Assembly: GCA_964580065.1 (NCBI GenBank)
Contig: CAZOJE010000001.1
Location: 23,717 to 87,716, forward strand
DNA: 64,000 nucleotides
Origin: an uncultured Candidatus Saccharibacteria bacterium
Lineage (GTDB): Bacteria; Patescibacteriota; UBA1384; DTJR01
Direction of reading: 5' to 3'
Numbering within the stretch: the first letter of the stretch is position 1; each line of letters begins with the position of its first letter. The position numbers were made by a program, and so were the translations under genes. Under the pieces are notes generated by a model. That model was not told the origin of the DNA, did not search any database, and saw only the letters and a list, made by a program, of their open reading frames with translations. This document shows, in pieces, positions 26,538-36,862 of the stretch.

Positions 26538-26769
26538 TTAAGTAGAATTTGATCGTTTTGCCTACAATCTCAATCTTGCCTTGATTCGTCAGTTCTTTGT
26601 AAGCATCCTGAAAAGTTATATTTTTTTCGACAATCATTTTGTTTAACATGTGATAAAGAGCGAGAGGAATTTCATATCCCTCAACTTTTAAAGCTTTATA
26701 CCACGAAGATGTAGTTTTATATTTGTCCATATCCATTTTTACATTATACACGTCTAGTATTTTATTCAA
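26509..26769 (-). CDS. Hypothetical protein
   Basis: 86-aa ORF co-oriented with neighbours. Confidence 0.5.
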   Translation of the reverse strand: MNKILDVYNVKMDMDKYKTTSSWYKALKVEGYEIPLALYHMLNKMIVEKNITFQDAYKELTNQGKIEIVGKTIKFYLNEKEKAEET

Positions 26770-26796
26770 CCAAGGAGCTCAACGATATTGTTGTTC

Positions 26797-27315
26797 TTAG
26801 TTCGAGAAGGAAATACTAGAGAGAACCGTTTTAAGATCTCTGTCTATATTCCACCCTGAGAAATCATTGCTCAAAAAACTAATTTCATAGTATCCAGTAT
26901 TATCTGGAAGCTCATAAATGTAAGCATAGTAAAAAACTGCTGCGTCGCCATCGCCATACGCCAGAAATTTTTTATCACCAAAGATTGTGGTTATCAGATA
27001 CTCCTGTGGTAGTGGTCCGCCAGTTGTTTTAATATTTTCTTTATCAAAAGGTGAATCTTTGAATTCATAAGAAATACAATCATCAAGACCTTGCTTGTTT
27101 GGTTTAGAGCAAAGATATCTCGCCCCTTTAATTTCTTTGGAATCAACAAGGTGTTGTGGATATTTAAAGCTAATCAACTGATCAGAATAAGTTTTCCAAA
27201 AAAGTTGGGTATTTTGCGTCAATTCGAAATAAATAACATAAAGAAAAGCTATTGAGAGAATAATTATGCCGATAAATATAAACAGTGGTTGTTTTCTCAC
27301 ACTTCCATTATACAA
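26797..27315 (-). CDS. Hypothetical membrane-anchored protein (PsbP-like CPR family)
   Basis: N-terminal TM, WKTY....ISFKYP, VLSSISF. Confidence 0.6.
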   Translation of the reverse strand: MYNGSVRKQPLFIFIGIIILSIAFLYVIYFELTQNTQLFWKTYSDQLISFKYPQHLVDSKEIKGARYLCSKPNKQGLDDCISYEFKDSPFDKENIKTTGGPLPQEYLITTIFGDKKFLAYGDGDAAVFYYAYIYELPDNTGYYEISFLSNDFSGWNIDRDLKTVLSSISFSN

Positions 27316-27356
27316 CTTTATTTGCCTGATTCTATTAAATCGCTTATGATTTACTT

Positions 27357-28412
27357 ATGGATCAAGAACAAGAAGGTAAAGTTAGTGAACAGCAGCAAAA
27401 ATGGAAGGCTCCGAAGTTTAAGCAAAGTCTTAAAATCAACCCCAAACTCCAGGTAGAAATTAAGCAGCAAGAAGAAAGACAAGAAGCAGCGGATCAGCTT
27501 AGGGCGGACGAGGTTCGTCGATCAATCGGACTACCAACAGTGGAAGCAGCACAGCCTCCAAAACCTAAGAGCCGACGGGACTTATTTGTCGAACAAATAG
27601 AGGAAGCGACACAAGCACCTGATAGTGCACAACGAATTGCACTGGCAAGGCAAGTAATATCAACAAGATTAGCTGAATTGAAGGATCATCAAATGGCGGT
27701 CGAGACCATACAGCCCGTATTTGGGACTATGAAAGGCGAAAAATTTAAATACGATGGTTTTATTGGAGAAACTACTAAGATTAAAAGAGGCGCCAGTGCG
27801 GAATTCCAGCTTGACGACGAGACGGCGTATTTAGATTTTGCCGACACCTTGCAAGAAGTAAGAGCTCAGATTGGAGATAAATCCATCGGAGATTATCTAC
27901 CTTATGCTGTCTTTAGACATATTGGAAAGTATTTTGGCAATTATGTTTCAAATAACCAAACCGAATCTTCAAATCAAGCATTTTATGCCGAACAGGCTGA
28001 TAAGATCGATCTAGGCGAAGCGGCAAAAACATCAATCAGTGATATGAAGGGAATGGGTATTGCGGTGTGTGCCGAAAAAGCAGCTTTGGCTCAAAACCTT
28101 TTCCAAATCGCTGGAATGGAATCGAAGCTGGTTTCGGGTGGCGTATCTGGCGGGCAAGAACAATCAGGCCTCGGGCATTATTATAATATTATCAGCTCCG
28201 AAAATGGGAGTTATCTGGTTGATGTGACAAATCCAGTGGTTTACAGTCGAGAAGGCCAAATGGTTAATTTTAACCCATCAATCTACCCGCTCACACAGGA
28301 TCAAATGGCTTCCCTGGAAGGCATAAAACCGATTGAGGTCACGCATACCGATTATGAAATAGGTGATGATAATTCTCTAACTCCGAGAGAAACAAAGCTT
28401 ACTTACTCTTAA
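27357..28412 (+). CDS. Hypothetical protein, possible transglutaminase-like triad
   Basis: AVCAEKAALAQNL ... GHYYNII ... LVD.TNP. Confidence 0.6.
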   Translation: MDQEQEGKVSEQQQKWKAPKFKQSLKINPKLQVEIKQQEERQEAADQLRADEVRRSIGLPTVEAAQPPKPKSRRDLFVEQIEEATQAPDSAQRIALARQVISTRLAELKDHQMAVETIQPVFGTMKGEKFKYDGFIGETTKIKRGASAEFQLDDETAYLDFADTLQEVRAQIGDKSIGDYLPYAVFRHIGKYFGNYVSNNQTESSNQAFYAEQADKIDLGEAAKTSISDMKGMGIAVCAEKAALAQNLFQIAGMESKLVSGGVSGGQEQSGLGHYYNIISSENGSYLVDVTNPVVYSREGQMVNFNPSIYPLTQDQMASLEGIKPIEVTHTDYEIGDDNSLTPRETKLTYS

Positions 28413-28569
28413 TTCTGAATCTTTTTTTATACTGTAACATTGTGTAACATTTCGGATTGAAAAAATCGCCCCTATAAGGTATAGTGATTGAGGTATCAGT
28501 GCTAGACCGGAGTAGGGTACCATTTCTTATATAGTAAATTTTTCTTAAATTTTAACGGCAAGGAGAAGA

Positions 28570-29244
28570 ATGGGTGAATTTCTAACAGATCAGAGTCAAA
28601 GAGAGCTGTGGGAAAAACAGCATTTAGAGAGAGCGGAAGAACACGAGGAGCTTGAAGATACTCCAAATGAGTTTGGCAAAGAATGTGTACATCTTATTCC
28701 GGAAAATGGCATTGTTCTGGAAATCGGGGCGGCAAATGGCAGGGATGCAAGATACTTCGCAAAGGAAAAAGGGTGCAAAGTTGTTGCAACCGATTTTTCC
28801 GAAGTTGCTGCCGGCCATCTCAAGAGCGCAGCTACCAAGGATGGCACTGGCTCTCATGTTTATCCCGTAGTCGCAGATGTGAGAAACCTGCCCATAACTC
28901 AAAAAGAGAATTTCGATGCAGTATATGCTAGATCGTCGCTTCATCTAGATGATGAAGAATTAGACAGATTTTTGGATGAGGTTGCTGTAGTTCTGAAACC
29001 CGGCGGTTATTTAATGATAGAGGGGAAACCAAAAGAAGATCCAAAGATTTCACGAAGCGAAGAGGTTAAAGCAAACATGCACATGGATTATGACGGTCAT
29101 TTACGTCGTGCCTGGTCAGAGGAGGGAATTAAAAAAATCGTAGATAAATTAGGATTTGAGCTTGTTTCAATCAACCGCTCAACAGAAACATGGCATGGCG
29201 TCGAAACACATTTTATTAATTTTATAGCAAAAAAACATGAATAA
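28570..29244 (+). CDS. Class I SAM-dependent methyltransferase
   Basis: VLEIGAANGRD, DFS, FDAVYA, LKPGG. Confidence 0.88.
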   Translation: MGEFLTDQSQRELWEKQHLERAEEHEELEDTPNEFGKECVHLIPENGIVLEIGAANGRDARYFAKEKGCKVVATDFSEVAAGHLKSAATKDGTGSHVYPVVADVRNLPITQKENFDAVYARSSLHLDDEELDRFLDEVAVVLKPGGYLMIEGKPKEDPKISRSEEVKANMHMDYDGHLRRAWSEEGIKKIVDKLGFELVSINRSTETWHGVETHFINFIAKKHE

Positions 29245-29782
29245 TCTTGAATCAAGACCAATCATATCGGCAATATTATTAAAGTATGAAAACGGACAAG
29301 GTTTCGTTTATTTACAGGAACGATGGAAACCCAAAGTAAGTCCTACTTATTCGGGAATGCTGGAAATCCCTGCCGGTGGTATTGATGCATATGAGAATGT
29401 TTATGATGCACTCACAAGAGAGGTAGAGGAAGAGTGTGGCCTGAAGATCACTAAGATTATCGGCGATTATAAGAGTGAAATAATCCAGCCCAGAGAGAAA
29501 GACAAATCATTTGTATTCAAACCGTTCATTTGTCAACAAGTATTGGAAACAGACAATGGTTTGCCATGGATCGGTTTCGTATTTGTCTGCCTTACCGAAG
29601 GGGAGATAAAAATTAATCCAGACGAAGCGCGAAATCCTCAATGGGTTAGTCTGGATCAGTTGAAAGAAATGCTAGATAGAGATAAAACACAATTTTTCCC
29701 GCTCCAGTTGCCTGTCTTACAATATCTGTGCAAAAATATTGAATCGATATCTCAAGGACTCGGAGCCGACATAACAACCTGA
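29237..29782 (+). CDS. NUDIX hydrolase
   Basis: PAGGIDAYENVYDALTREVEEECG. Confidence 0.88.
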   Translation: MNNLESRPIISAILLKYENGQGFVYLQERWKPKVSPTYSGMLEIPAGGIDAYENVYDALTREVEEECGLKITKIIGDYKSEIIQPREKDKSFVFKPFICQQVLETDNGLPWIGFVFVCLTEGEIKINPDEARNPQWVSLDQLKEMLDRDKTQFFPLQLPVLQYLCKNIESISQGLGADITT

Positions 29783-29888
29783 ACTTGTCATTCAACCTAA
29801 AAGGGCTATGCGGGGTTTGCCCCGCAGAATATAACGGCGTGGGGTGTACCGTGAAAGTTTACTGAAGAGGTATATAGTGGTCAGCAAA

Positions 29889-29975
29889 TTTTAAAACAAG
29901 AAAACTTGCGGAAGATTTTGAAAAGTATTTAAAAAGTTCATCAGGCTTTGCCTTTTGAAATAAAAGATTAATTTG
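29889..29975 (+). pseudogene. GIY-YIG nuclease C-terminal remnant
   Basis: FKTRKLAEDFEKYLKSSSGFAF*NKRLI. Confidence 0.5.
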
Positions 29976-30045
29976 ACCCCACCCAGGAAGGTTGGAACTT
30001 TTTTCAAAAATGAAAAGTCGGGCTGCAGTCCCGACTTTTTCATAC

Positions 30046-30576
30046 TTAACTACAAAACACGCCTCGCATTGGAGTGTCGCATTTCGGACATTTAGTTTGT
30101 GAGCAAGGAATCCCTCTGACGTGGGCAACTTTTTCGCCACAGTTTGGACAGGTGCACTCGGCGCTTCCGCCTGCTTTTCGTCCTAACGAATTTTGTCTTC
30201 TTCCTATCCCTCTACCGGCGCCCCTACCCATTCCTCGTCCGGTCATCGGACCTTGGCCTTGTGGCCCAGTTCCATCTAAATTTGGCATTATAATATCACC
30301 TCCCTTCAATTGAATACTTTTTCCAAATATTAAACTCGTAGCAACCTTTCTGTGTGCGCTATGCAAAACATTCAAATAAGTAATTCTGGCAATCCCCATT
30401 TTTTTTGATGCTGTTTCTTGGTCTAAATTTTCAATATCAGATAAACGCAAAGCTTCTACCTCGTCTAATGTCAGTACTTCCTCTTGCAGCTCGCGAAGTG
30501 GAATGCCCGCTGGTTTGAAATAGGTTATCTCGGGTATAAAACTTACAAATCTTTTTCTTTTTGGTCTGCCTCTCAT
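30046..30576 (-). CDS. DUF134 HTH protein fused to DUF5320-like Gly/Arg segment and Cys-rich Zn ribbon
   Basis: RPK..R....P...YFKP, EALRL.D; MP..DGTGP.GQGPMTGRG; CPNCG...CPKC. Confidence 0.85.
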   Translation of the reverse strand: MRGRPKRKRFVSFIPEITYFKPAGIPLRELQEEVLTLDEVEALRLSDIENLDQETASKKMGIARITYLNVLHSAHRKVATSLIFGKSIQLKGGDIIMPNLDGTGPQGQGPMTGRGMGRGAGRGIGRRQNSLGRKAGGSAECTCPNCGEKVAHVRGIPCSQTKCPKCDTPMRGVFCS

Positions 30577-30824
30577 AATTTTCCTTTCGTGCAATACTAA
30601 TTTATAACATATGTCATAAATTATCAATAGTAAGCAGATTAGTAGGATAAGTTCTAATGCGATTTGTGGACGGAACACAAACCTAAACCTTTTTTAAAAT
30701 ATTGATCGCCGTTGCAAAAAACGACGAAAGAATTATTTCTTTACCGAGCCGTGGTATGCTTCAGACTAAAAATTAGCGTTTTGGGATTAGTTTCTGTGAT
30801 GGTAAAATAAAGATAAGGAGGATT

Positions 30825-31301
30825 ATGGGCGAAGAAAATATATTGGTCAAAAAAGGTATATCGATTGGAACGGTTGTTCTAATTATTGTACCTATCGCTA
30901 TTATTTTTGGCGGTGGCGTTTATGTTTATATGAATGATAAAGCAACAAAAGACAAAAATGATTTAAATTCCCAAATCAGTCAGCTGGAGAGTCAAGTTTC
31001 TGCCTTACGGACGACGGTAACTCCGGGTCCAGCTGGTACTGTTTCAGCTACTATTTCGACGACCGCGTCATCTACCTCGGCAGAGCTGACAAAAGACCAA
31101 GCGCTGGCAAAAGTTAAAGATTTGCCCGAAGTAAAAACTTATCTCGCGAAAAACAGTAAAAACGTCGCTGAATTTGATCATGAAGACGCGCCAACAAATT
31201 CTTGGGTGATACATGTTTTTTATAATGGTCCCGATTTAACAGCCACATTTAACTGGTATAGCGTAAATAAAGTAACAGGCGATATCACCAAGACTTTCTA
31301 A
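30825..31301 (+). CDS. Hypothetical membrane-anchored protein
   Basis: RBS aggagg, TM, coiled coil, Thr/Ser linker. Confidence 0.7.
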   Translation: MGEENILVKKGISIGTVVLIIVPIAIIFGGGVYVYMNDKATKDKNDLNSQISQLESQVSALRTTVTPGPAGTVSATISTTASSTSAELTKDQALAKVKDLPEVKTYLAKNSKNVAEFDHEDAPTNSWVIHVFYNGPDLTATFNWYSVNKVTGDITKTF

Positions 31302-31430
31302 CAAAGGAAGAGTTCTTGGTGAAACGTTCCCTAGGATTTCTTTGTCAAAAGTATATTTGTTTTGATATAATAAAAACCAAAGAGCGATTGGAAATTTCGT
31401 TGAGATAATAATTTCAAGTAATGGATATCT

Positions 31431-34400
31431 ATGGCGAAATTTTATCTTAACAGAAATTTTAGCCAAGTTCTTAGTGTTTTTTTGGTGTGTCTCGTGGCAG
31501 CCGTTGTTGCTTTGTGGGCGATTCGAGGTACAAGGGCGGCAGATACTTTTACTTATTACGTGCGAACCGATGGGGCCGATACCAATGATGGCTTAAGTAA
31601 TAGTGCCGAAGGCGCTTTTAAGACAATTACCAAAGCTGCCGAGATAGTTAATGTCGGCGATACGGTTTTAGTTCAGGCGGGTACTTATGATGAGCAGGTG
31701 ACTCTTTCAAAATCAGGGACTGAATCAAGCCGGATTACTTTCGAGGGAGTTGGGGCGGTTATAATCGAAGGCGGCACACGAGTTAATGCGGTGGTAATTT
31801 CTGGTGCGTATAACACTTTCAAAAATATTGAAGTTCAACACGGCCAAACGGGAATTTCTGTTCAAAATGCTAATGTTACGATCGATGGCTGCCATATCCA
31901 TAACACTAGCTCTTCTTACTATGGTGCGATTTCGGGCGACAGCGCAACAATCGTTACAAACAGTGAGATAAACAACAATGTCAGAGTGGCTTTTTTTGAA
32001 AAATGGGCAGCTGTTTCCAATTGCAACATTCATGATAATACAGGCGGCCTTAGCTACCGACAATTATCAAGCTCGCCGAGAATAGAAATTAAGAATAATA
32101 TTTTCACTGACAACCAATGGACATTCAGCATTTATTCTGGCGATCAAAATAAAGATGTCCTATTTGAAGGCAATGAGTTTAATGGCGGCGGCGGATTTGA
32201 ATTTAGCAACGGTAAGATCACACTCATAGACAATTCTTTTCATGATATAAACGGCCCTGTTATAAATCTTGCCTATTACGGTACTCCTTCGGCGACAGAT
32301 GCTTTTATCGATCATAATCTTTTTGACAGCTGTAATCCGGTTCTAGCTATGTATAACGGAATTACTACGATGTTTAGTGATGACAATGTTTTTACTTCGG
32401 ACACGGTTATAAGCAATTGGCAATCACCGGAGGCGGCGGCTGGCAGCTGGACATCAGCTGAAGTTGGCACTCTGCCTGATTGGCAAACCAATTCCGGCCA
32501 GGATTCTAACAGCGTCATTGGCACCTCGCTATCCGACACAACCAAATCAACGGCTTACGTGACCAGTTGGACAGTTTCGCCCATACTGGATAGCAACGGC
32601 TTGAATATTAAATTTAGCGGCACAATGGCCAGCCGCGAAACTTTTACGGCTAAATTGCAATTTAGCGTCACAGATGAAAGCAATAATGTTTACACTGCCA
32701 CTGTCAATAATTTTAATTTGACTGCCGAAGAAAGTTCGAATTTTGATCAAAACGTGATAATTCCACAAATTACCGGCCAGGTGCTGTGCAAATTGGATAT
32801 TTTAGACGGTACCGATACGCGAGTTGGCGGCAAATTTAAATATTTAACTTCGCCCAGTGCTGTGGAGGTGGATTGGCTCAACCCCTCCTACCGCGCCAGC
32901 ATTTTTACCAGACAAACAGACAAAGAGGTAAGAGTAAAAGTTACTATTACCAGCGAAAATATTAATTTAAGCACTTGGTCTGTGCACGCCGGAATTCGGC
33001 TTAAGAATGAAGTTGACTGGCAACAGGAAAATATTTTTACCGCGGCGGCGGAATTGACGGTAAATTTACCGGGGGGTGGCTTGGCGATCGGTTCTTATGA
33101 ATTAGTCACTACTTTGTTGGATGATAGCAGCGTGAAAATCGATGAAACAATTATGGATCTCACGGTTTTGGCCCAGGCAGATAATGAGGTAAGAATCGAT
33201 GAAAACGGTACGATTTTAATTAACGAAGAGCCATTTTTTCCTATCTCAATTGACGGCGACACAAATCAAATTTCTGATTTTCTGTCTTTTGCCGATGCTG
33301 GCTTTAATGTGGCAAATCTTTACCGTTGGAATGGAGATAATAATTTTTGGAATGCCATTGATCAAACAGATTTAAAAATTTTATATATTGGCATTGTGGC
33401 AAATTTATTGACAGAAAGTCAATATACGACCGAGCAAAAACTTGAGTTTTTAAATTCAGCCGCAGATACCATCAATAGTCTTAAAAATCACACTTCTTTT
33501 CTTGGCTATCTTTGGGGTGAGGAATTGGTCTGGAAAAATGAATTAGTTAGTTTATATCAACAAAACGCTGTCCTGGATCCATATCATCCGGTAGCCATGA
33601 ACGGATCTTTTTCCGGTGCGAATTCACTTTACTATATTGCGGATATTATGATGAATCACCTTTATCCTTATCCTAAATATTCAGATAATGCGGCGCAAGT
33701 GGCAGCCAAAATTGGGAATATTGGCGATATTTCTGATGCGAATATTGCCGTCAGCAATGGTGAAGATATCGATGCCAGCTTCCCTGGCTTGCATTTGGCG
33801 GTAGGCAAGAAACCGTGGTGGATTTGGCCGCAATATTTTTATGGTGGTAATTGGGTCTCTGGCGGCGGCGGCCGTTTTTTGACTTTGACAGAAATGCGCG
33901 ATTATATCTGGACGGAAATTGCTCGCGGCGCCAAAGGTGTCCATTTTTGGGCTTATTTTCACGATTACACTAATCCTAGAATGAATCCAAAGCTGTGGGA
34001 AAGTGTTAGGGCAATTGCCGGAGAGGTCAGGTCATTGGAAAAAGTTTTGGTGCAAACCGATGCAGCGAATGTTGTGTCGGCAGATTCCACAACTGATTTA
34101 AGCATGAAGGTAAAAGAATATCAGGGAAATAAATATATTTTTGCGACTTATAACGGATCAACCGCTAAAAAAATTAAATTTTACTTTTCCAGCGCACAAA
34201 GCGGTAATATCGCGGTTTGGTCGGAAAACCGTACGCTTTCTATCGCCGATAATGCTTTTGAAGATGATTTTGAACCAACCAGCGTACATATTTATACTAC
34301 GGCGGCAGCCGACAATAATGTCAAAATGAAAAGTTTGCTGGCCGATTCATATTTTGCCGATAGATTATCATATCAAGCCAAAGCCGGTAATTTTGCCTCA

Positions 34401-35636
34401 AAACAAAGCGGGGCTACCGCTTCGAGTAGTAACTACTACTGTGGCTTGAATCATGGCACTTATGCCATCGATAGTGATCCGGATACAAACTGGTTCCCGC
34501 TATATGACGGCTCGATAATTCCGTCTTTTACCAACCCTACTGGTAATAATCCGGAATGGCTGCAGGTTAATTTTGCCAATGGAGCGACTAAAAATATTAA
34601 CCAAATTGTGGTGCGGTCGTATAAACCAAAATATTATGCCGATGCCAACGATGTGCTGGCGGATTTTGATTTACAATACTGGGATGGATCTGACTGGCAA
34701 CTCATAGAGAGTGTTACTGGTAATGATGATGAGAACCTGACTTTGGATTTTCCCTATGTAAGCACTAATAAAATCCGTTTAGTGGCAAAATATGGTTTGT
34801 ATGTTTCGGAAATTGAGGCCTATCACGTCAACTATACTCCAACACTTGATAATATCGGAAATAAAAATATTGTTGTCGGAGAGAATTTGTCTTTCAATGT
34901 TTCTGGCAGTGATCCCGAAGACGATACTTTGATTTATTCGGCCAGCAATTTGCCGGAAGGCGCCACTTTCGATGCTCTAACGCATAGTTTTTCCTGGGCC
35001 CCAACAGATTCACAAGTCGGCACTTATACGACAGTTAGATTTACCGTAAGTGACGGCACCGCTTCGGCTTCGGAAGATATCACTATTACTGTTTATGAAA
35101 ATGTGGCCGAGGCCTTAGCTGGTAATGATGACGCAGAAATAGATTTGTTCGAGAGTAGAAGCGTTGAATCGACAACGGAAAAAATAAATCTCGCTCCTAT
35201 CTTGTCGGCTATCGGTAATAAACGCGTAATGGAGCAGACTAGACTTTCTTTCACTGTATTCGCTTCTGATCCCGAAGGCGATACATTAACTTTTTTGGCT
35301 AGTAATTTGCCTCATGGCGCCCGTTTTGATACCGACAATCATAGTTTTTATTGGACGCCATCTGCTAATCAAGTTGGCGAATACGGCGCAGTCACATTTA
35401 CTGTCAGTGATGGACGAAAAAGCGTTTCTGAATCAATTAATATTACCGTTGAACCAAAAAGTATTGTTTCGGAAGTAATTTCTGGCATCAGTAAAATTTT
35501 TTCTCCCCAAAGTAATAACAACGGATCAGCCCAAGGTTCTAACAATGGTTGGATTGTTTTTGCAATCGCCGCTTTGCCGATAACAGGAGCACTTGTGACA
35601 GGGACTATTTATTTAAGGCGATTAATAATGCGATAG
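31431..35636 (+). CDS. Large surface protein: beta-helix (DUF1565-like), putative glycoside-hydrolase-like domain, discoidin F5/8C, two Ig-like repeats, C-terminal TM
   Basis: YYV..DG.DTNDG.....FKTI..A; PbH repeats; SDPE.DTL...ASNLP.GA.FD twice. Confidence 0.8.
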   Translation: MAKFYLNRNFSQVLSVFLVCLVAAVVALWAIRGTRAADTFTYYVRTDGADTNDGLSNSAEGAFKTITKAAEIVNVGDTVLVQAGTYDEQVTLSKSGTESSRITFEGVGAVIIEGGTRVNAVVISGAYNTFKNIEVQHGQTGISVQNANVTIDGCHIHNTSSSYYGAISGDSATIVTNSEINNNVRVAFFEKWAAVSNCNIHDNTGGLSYRQLSSSPRIEIKNNIFTDNQWTFSIYSGDQNKDVLFEGNEFNGGGGFEFSNGKITLIDNSFHDINGPVINLAYYGTPSATDAFIDHNLFDSCNPVLAMYNGITTMFSDDNVFTSDTVISNWQSPEAAAGSWTSAEVGTLPDWQTNSGQDSNSVIGTSLSDTTKSTAYVTSWTVSPILDSNGLNIKFSGTMASRETFTAKLQFSVTDESNNVYTATVNNFNLTAEESSNFDQNVIIPQITGQVLCKLDILDGTDTRVGGKFKYLTSPSAVEVDWLNPSYRASIFTRQTDKEVRVKVTITSENINLSTWSVHAGIRLKNEVDWQQENIFTAAAELTVNLPGGGLAIGSYELVTTLLDDSSVKIDETIMDLTVLAQADNEVRIDENGTILINEEPFFPISIDGDTNQISDFLSFADAGFNVANLYRWNGDNNFWNAIDQTDLKILYIGIVANLLTESQYTTEQKLEFLNSAADTINSLKNHTSFLGYLWGEELVWKNELVSLYQQNAVLDPYHPVAMNGSFSGANSLYYIADIMMNHLYPYPKYSDNAAQVAAKIGNIGDISDANIAVSNGEDIDASFPGLHLAVGKKPWWIWPQYFYGGNWVSGGGGRFLTLTEMRDYIWTEIARGAKGVHFWAYFHDYTNPRMNPKLWESVRAIAGEVRSLEKVLVQTDAANVVSADSTTDLSMKVKEYQGNKYIFATYNGSTAKKIKFYFSSAQSGNIAVWSENRTLSIADNAFEDDFEPTSVHIYTTAAADNNVKMKSLLADSYFADRLSYQAKAGNFASKQSGATASSSNYYCGLNHGTYAIDSDPDTNWFPLYDGSIIPSFTNPTGNNPEWLQVNFANGATKNINQIVVRSYKPKYYADANDVLADFDLQYWDGSDWQLIESVTGNDDENLTLDFPYVSTNKIRLVAKYGLYVSEIEAYHVNYTPTLDNIGNKNIVVGENLSFNVSGSDPEDDTLIYSASNLPEGATFDALTHSFSWAPTDSQVGTYTTVRFTVSDGTASASEDITITVYENVAEALAGNDDAEIDLFESRSVESTTEKINLAPILSAIGNKRVMEQTRLSFTVFASDPEGDTLTFLASNLPHGARFDTDNHSFYWTPSANQVGEYGAVTFTVSDGRKSVSESINITVEPKSIVSEVISGISKIFSPQSNNNGSAQGSNNGWIVFAIAALPITGALVTGTIYLRRLIMR

Positions 35637-35728
35637 ATTTTTTTGTCTATTTTAGCGCACACATATTCATTTTTGTCCTGTTTTATGTTAAGATCTTCAC
35701 TGTAAAAGAGGGGAGAGTTGGTTTTTTT

Positions 35729-35877
35729 GGGCCAGTAGCTCACGGGTTGTGTCGGTTGCCTCTTAAGCAACTTGTCGAGGGCTTGAGTGGGTGGAACGCT
35801 CAAGTGCCGGACCGAGTGAGCTAGCGAACGAGGGAGGCGGGGGTTTCGAGGGTGGAACTCGAAACTGCGGCGCACTC
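35729..35877 (+). repeat. Degenerate 5' copy of tRNA-Lys plus tRNA-associated repeat copy 2
   Basis: 35729-35781 copies tRNA-Lys through the T-stem; GGGTGGAAC hairpin follows; 48 nt identical to 4400-4447. Confidence 0.85.
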
Positions 35878-35951
35878 GTTGACAAAAAAATATCGCGCCG
35901 ACTTGTGACCGATCCCCAAGGGGATCGAACATTATAAATATATGTTAGTTT

Positions 35952-36026
35952 GGGCCAGTAGCTCAGTGGTAGAGCGGTTGCCTCTTAAGCAACTTGTCGA
36001 GGGTTCGATCCCCTCCTGGCCCTCCA
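35952..36026 (+). tRNA. tRNA-Lys(CTT)
   Basis: Anticodon arm gttgc-ctCTTaa-gcaac; GGTTCGATCCC; CCA. Confidence 0.95.
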
Positions 36027-36170
36027 AGCAAGTACCCCACGCAAGTGGGGTTTTTGCTTGGAGTGATTTTGGCGCGGGGATCGAAGGCCGCAGGGCTGAC
36101 TGAGTCCGAGGCCCGCCCCGAAGAAATTTCAGCAGAAATTTACTGAGGGGGAGCCCCTCCTGGCCCTCCA
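36027..36170. repeat. Mini element ending in a direct repeat of the tRNA-Lys 3' end
   Basis: cccctcctggccctcca at 36010-36026 and 36154-36170; inverted T-arm ggggatcgaa at 36076-36085. Confidence 0.8.
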
Positions 36171-36427
36171 AACCTATTTTGCGCAAGCAAGGAGGTTTGT
36201 CCTCCGTCTTGTCTATCATAGCTTCATGCGAAGATGGAAGCTCTAAAGAGCGTAGGACGGACTACCCATAACCCATAACTTTACGTGAAGAAGAACATTC
36301 TAAACCTAGAGTTTGCCGCCTAATACAGATAGCTTTTTATTCGAGTAATTGGAGACAATGACCAAAATTTTTGAAAGTAAAAGGGACCTACTTAGTAGGT
36401 CCCTGTGTACAGCTTCTCGTGCTGCAA

Positions 36428-36778
36428 CTAGTCCTCGAACTCGAGGGCAACGCGCCTGATGCGGCGGAACCGGACGAACCGGAACCCTTGGCCGCGCGCG
36501 CCCCAGAAATCGACCTTGGCCGGATCGTTTTCTTCGACCGATTCCGACCAAAGCGGCTTGACACCCTCATGACAGAGCACCGCGATGACCGAGAGGGGGG
36601 CCACGACCACCAGATCGTCGAACCCGCCCTGTTCGTATCGGGTAGCAATCTGCCTAGCGTCATCGAACGGCTTCGAATCCTGTTCGATGATTGTATCGGC
36701 GCCGTACATCTTTTGCAGCGCCTTGATCTGTCGAGGGTGTGGCTTGTGTCGCGACATCCACAAGATCTTTTTCGACAT
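36428..36778 (-). CDS. Small GC-rich protein, possibly Csx16/Csx20-like
   Basis: RBS ggaggg; KKILWMSRH...LVVVAPLSVIAVL. Confidence 0.6.
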   Translation of the reverse strand: MSKKILWMSRHKPHPRQIKALQKMYGADTIIEQDSKPFDDARQIATRYEQGGFDDLVVVAPLSVIAVLCHEGVKPLWSESVEENDPAKVDFWGARGQGFRFVRFRRIRRVALEFED

Positions 36779-36862
36779 CTGTGTCCCTCCGGTTCGACGG
36801 GTTTGTGCGTTTAGACAGCTAAAAATCTTACTATAAAAATAGCGTTTTGTCTACTTCGCGAA

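Larger units (their letters stand above)
9860..29800. mobile_element. Putative integrative island (serine recombinase, nuclease cargo, terminase/ParB-methylase module); boundaries approximate
   Basis: Adjacent to tRNA-Arg; recombinase, phage-like and defence-like genes; no att repeat identified. Confidence 0.6.

Noticed and set aside
29800-29860. attR copy of tRNA-Arg(TCG)
   Set aside because: Only a weak gggg..gtacc similarity; not a convincing direct repeat.
35729-35804. Functional or intron-containing tRNA-Lys copy
   Set aside because: D arm disrupted and no adjacent 3' acceptor strand; no self-splicing intron core.
35549-36219. ORFs 35549-35824, 35609-35932 and 35932-36219
   Set aside because: They overlap tRNA-Lys and its repeats; likely spurious.
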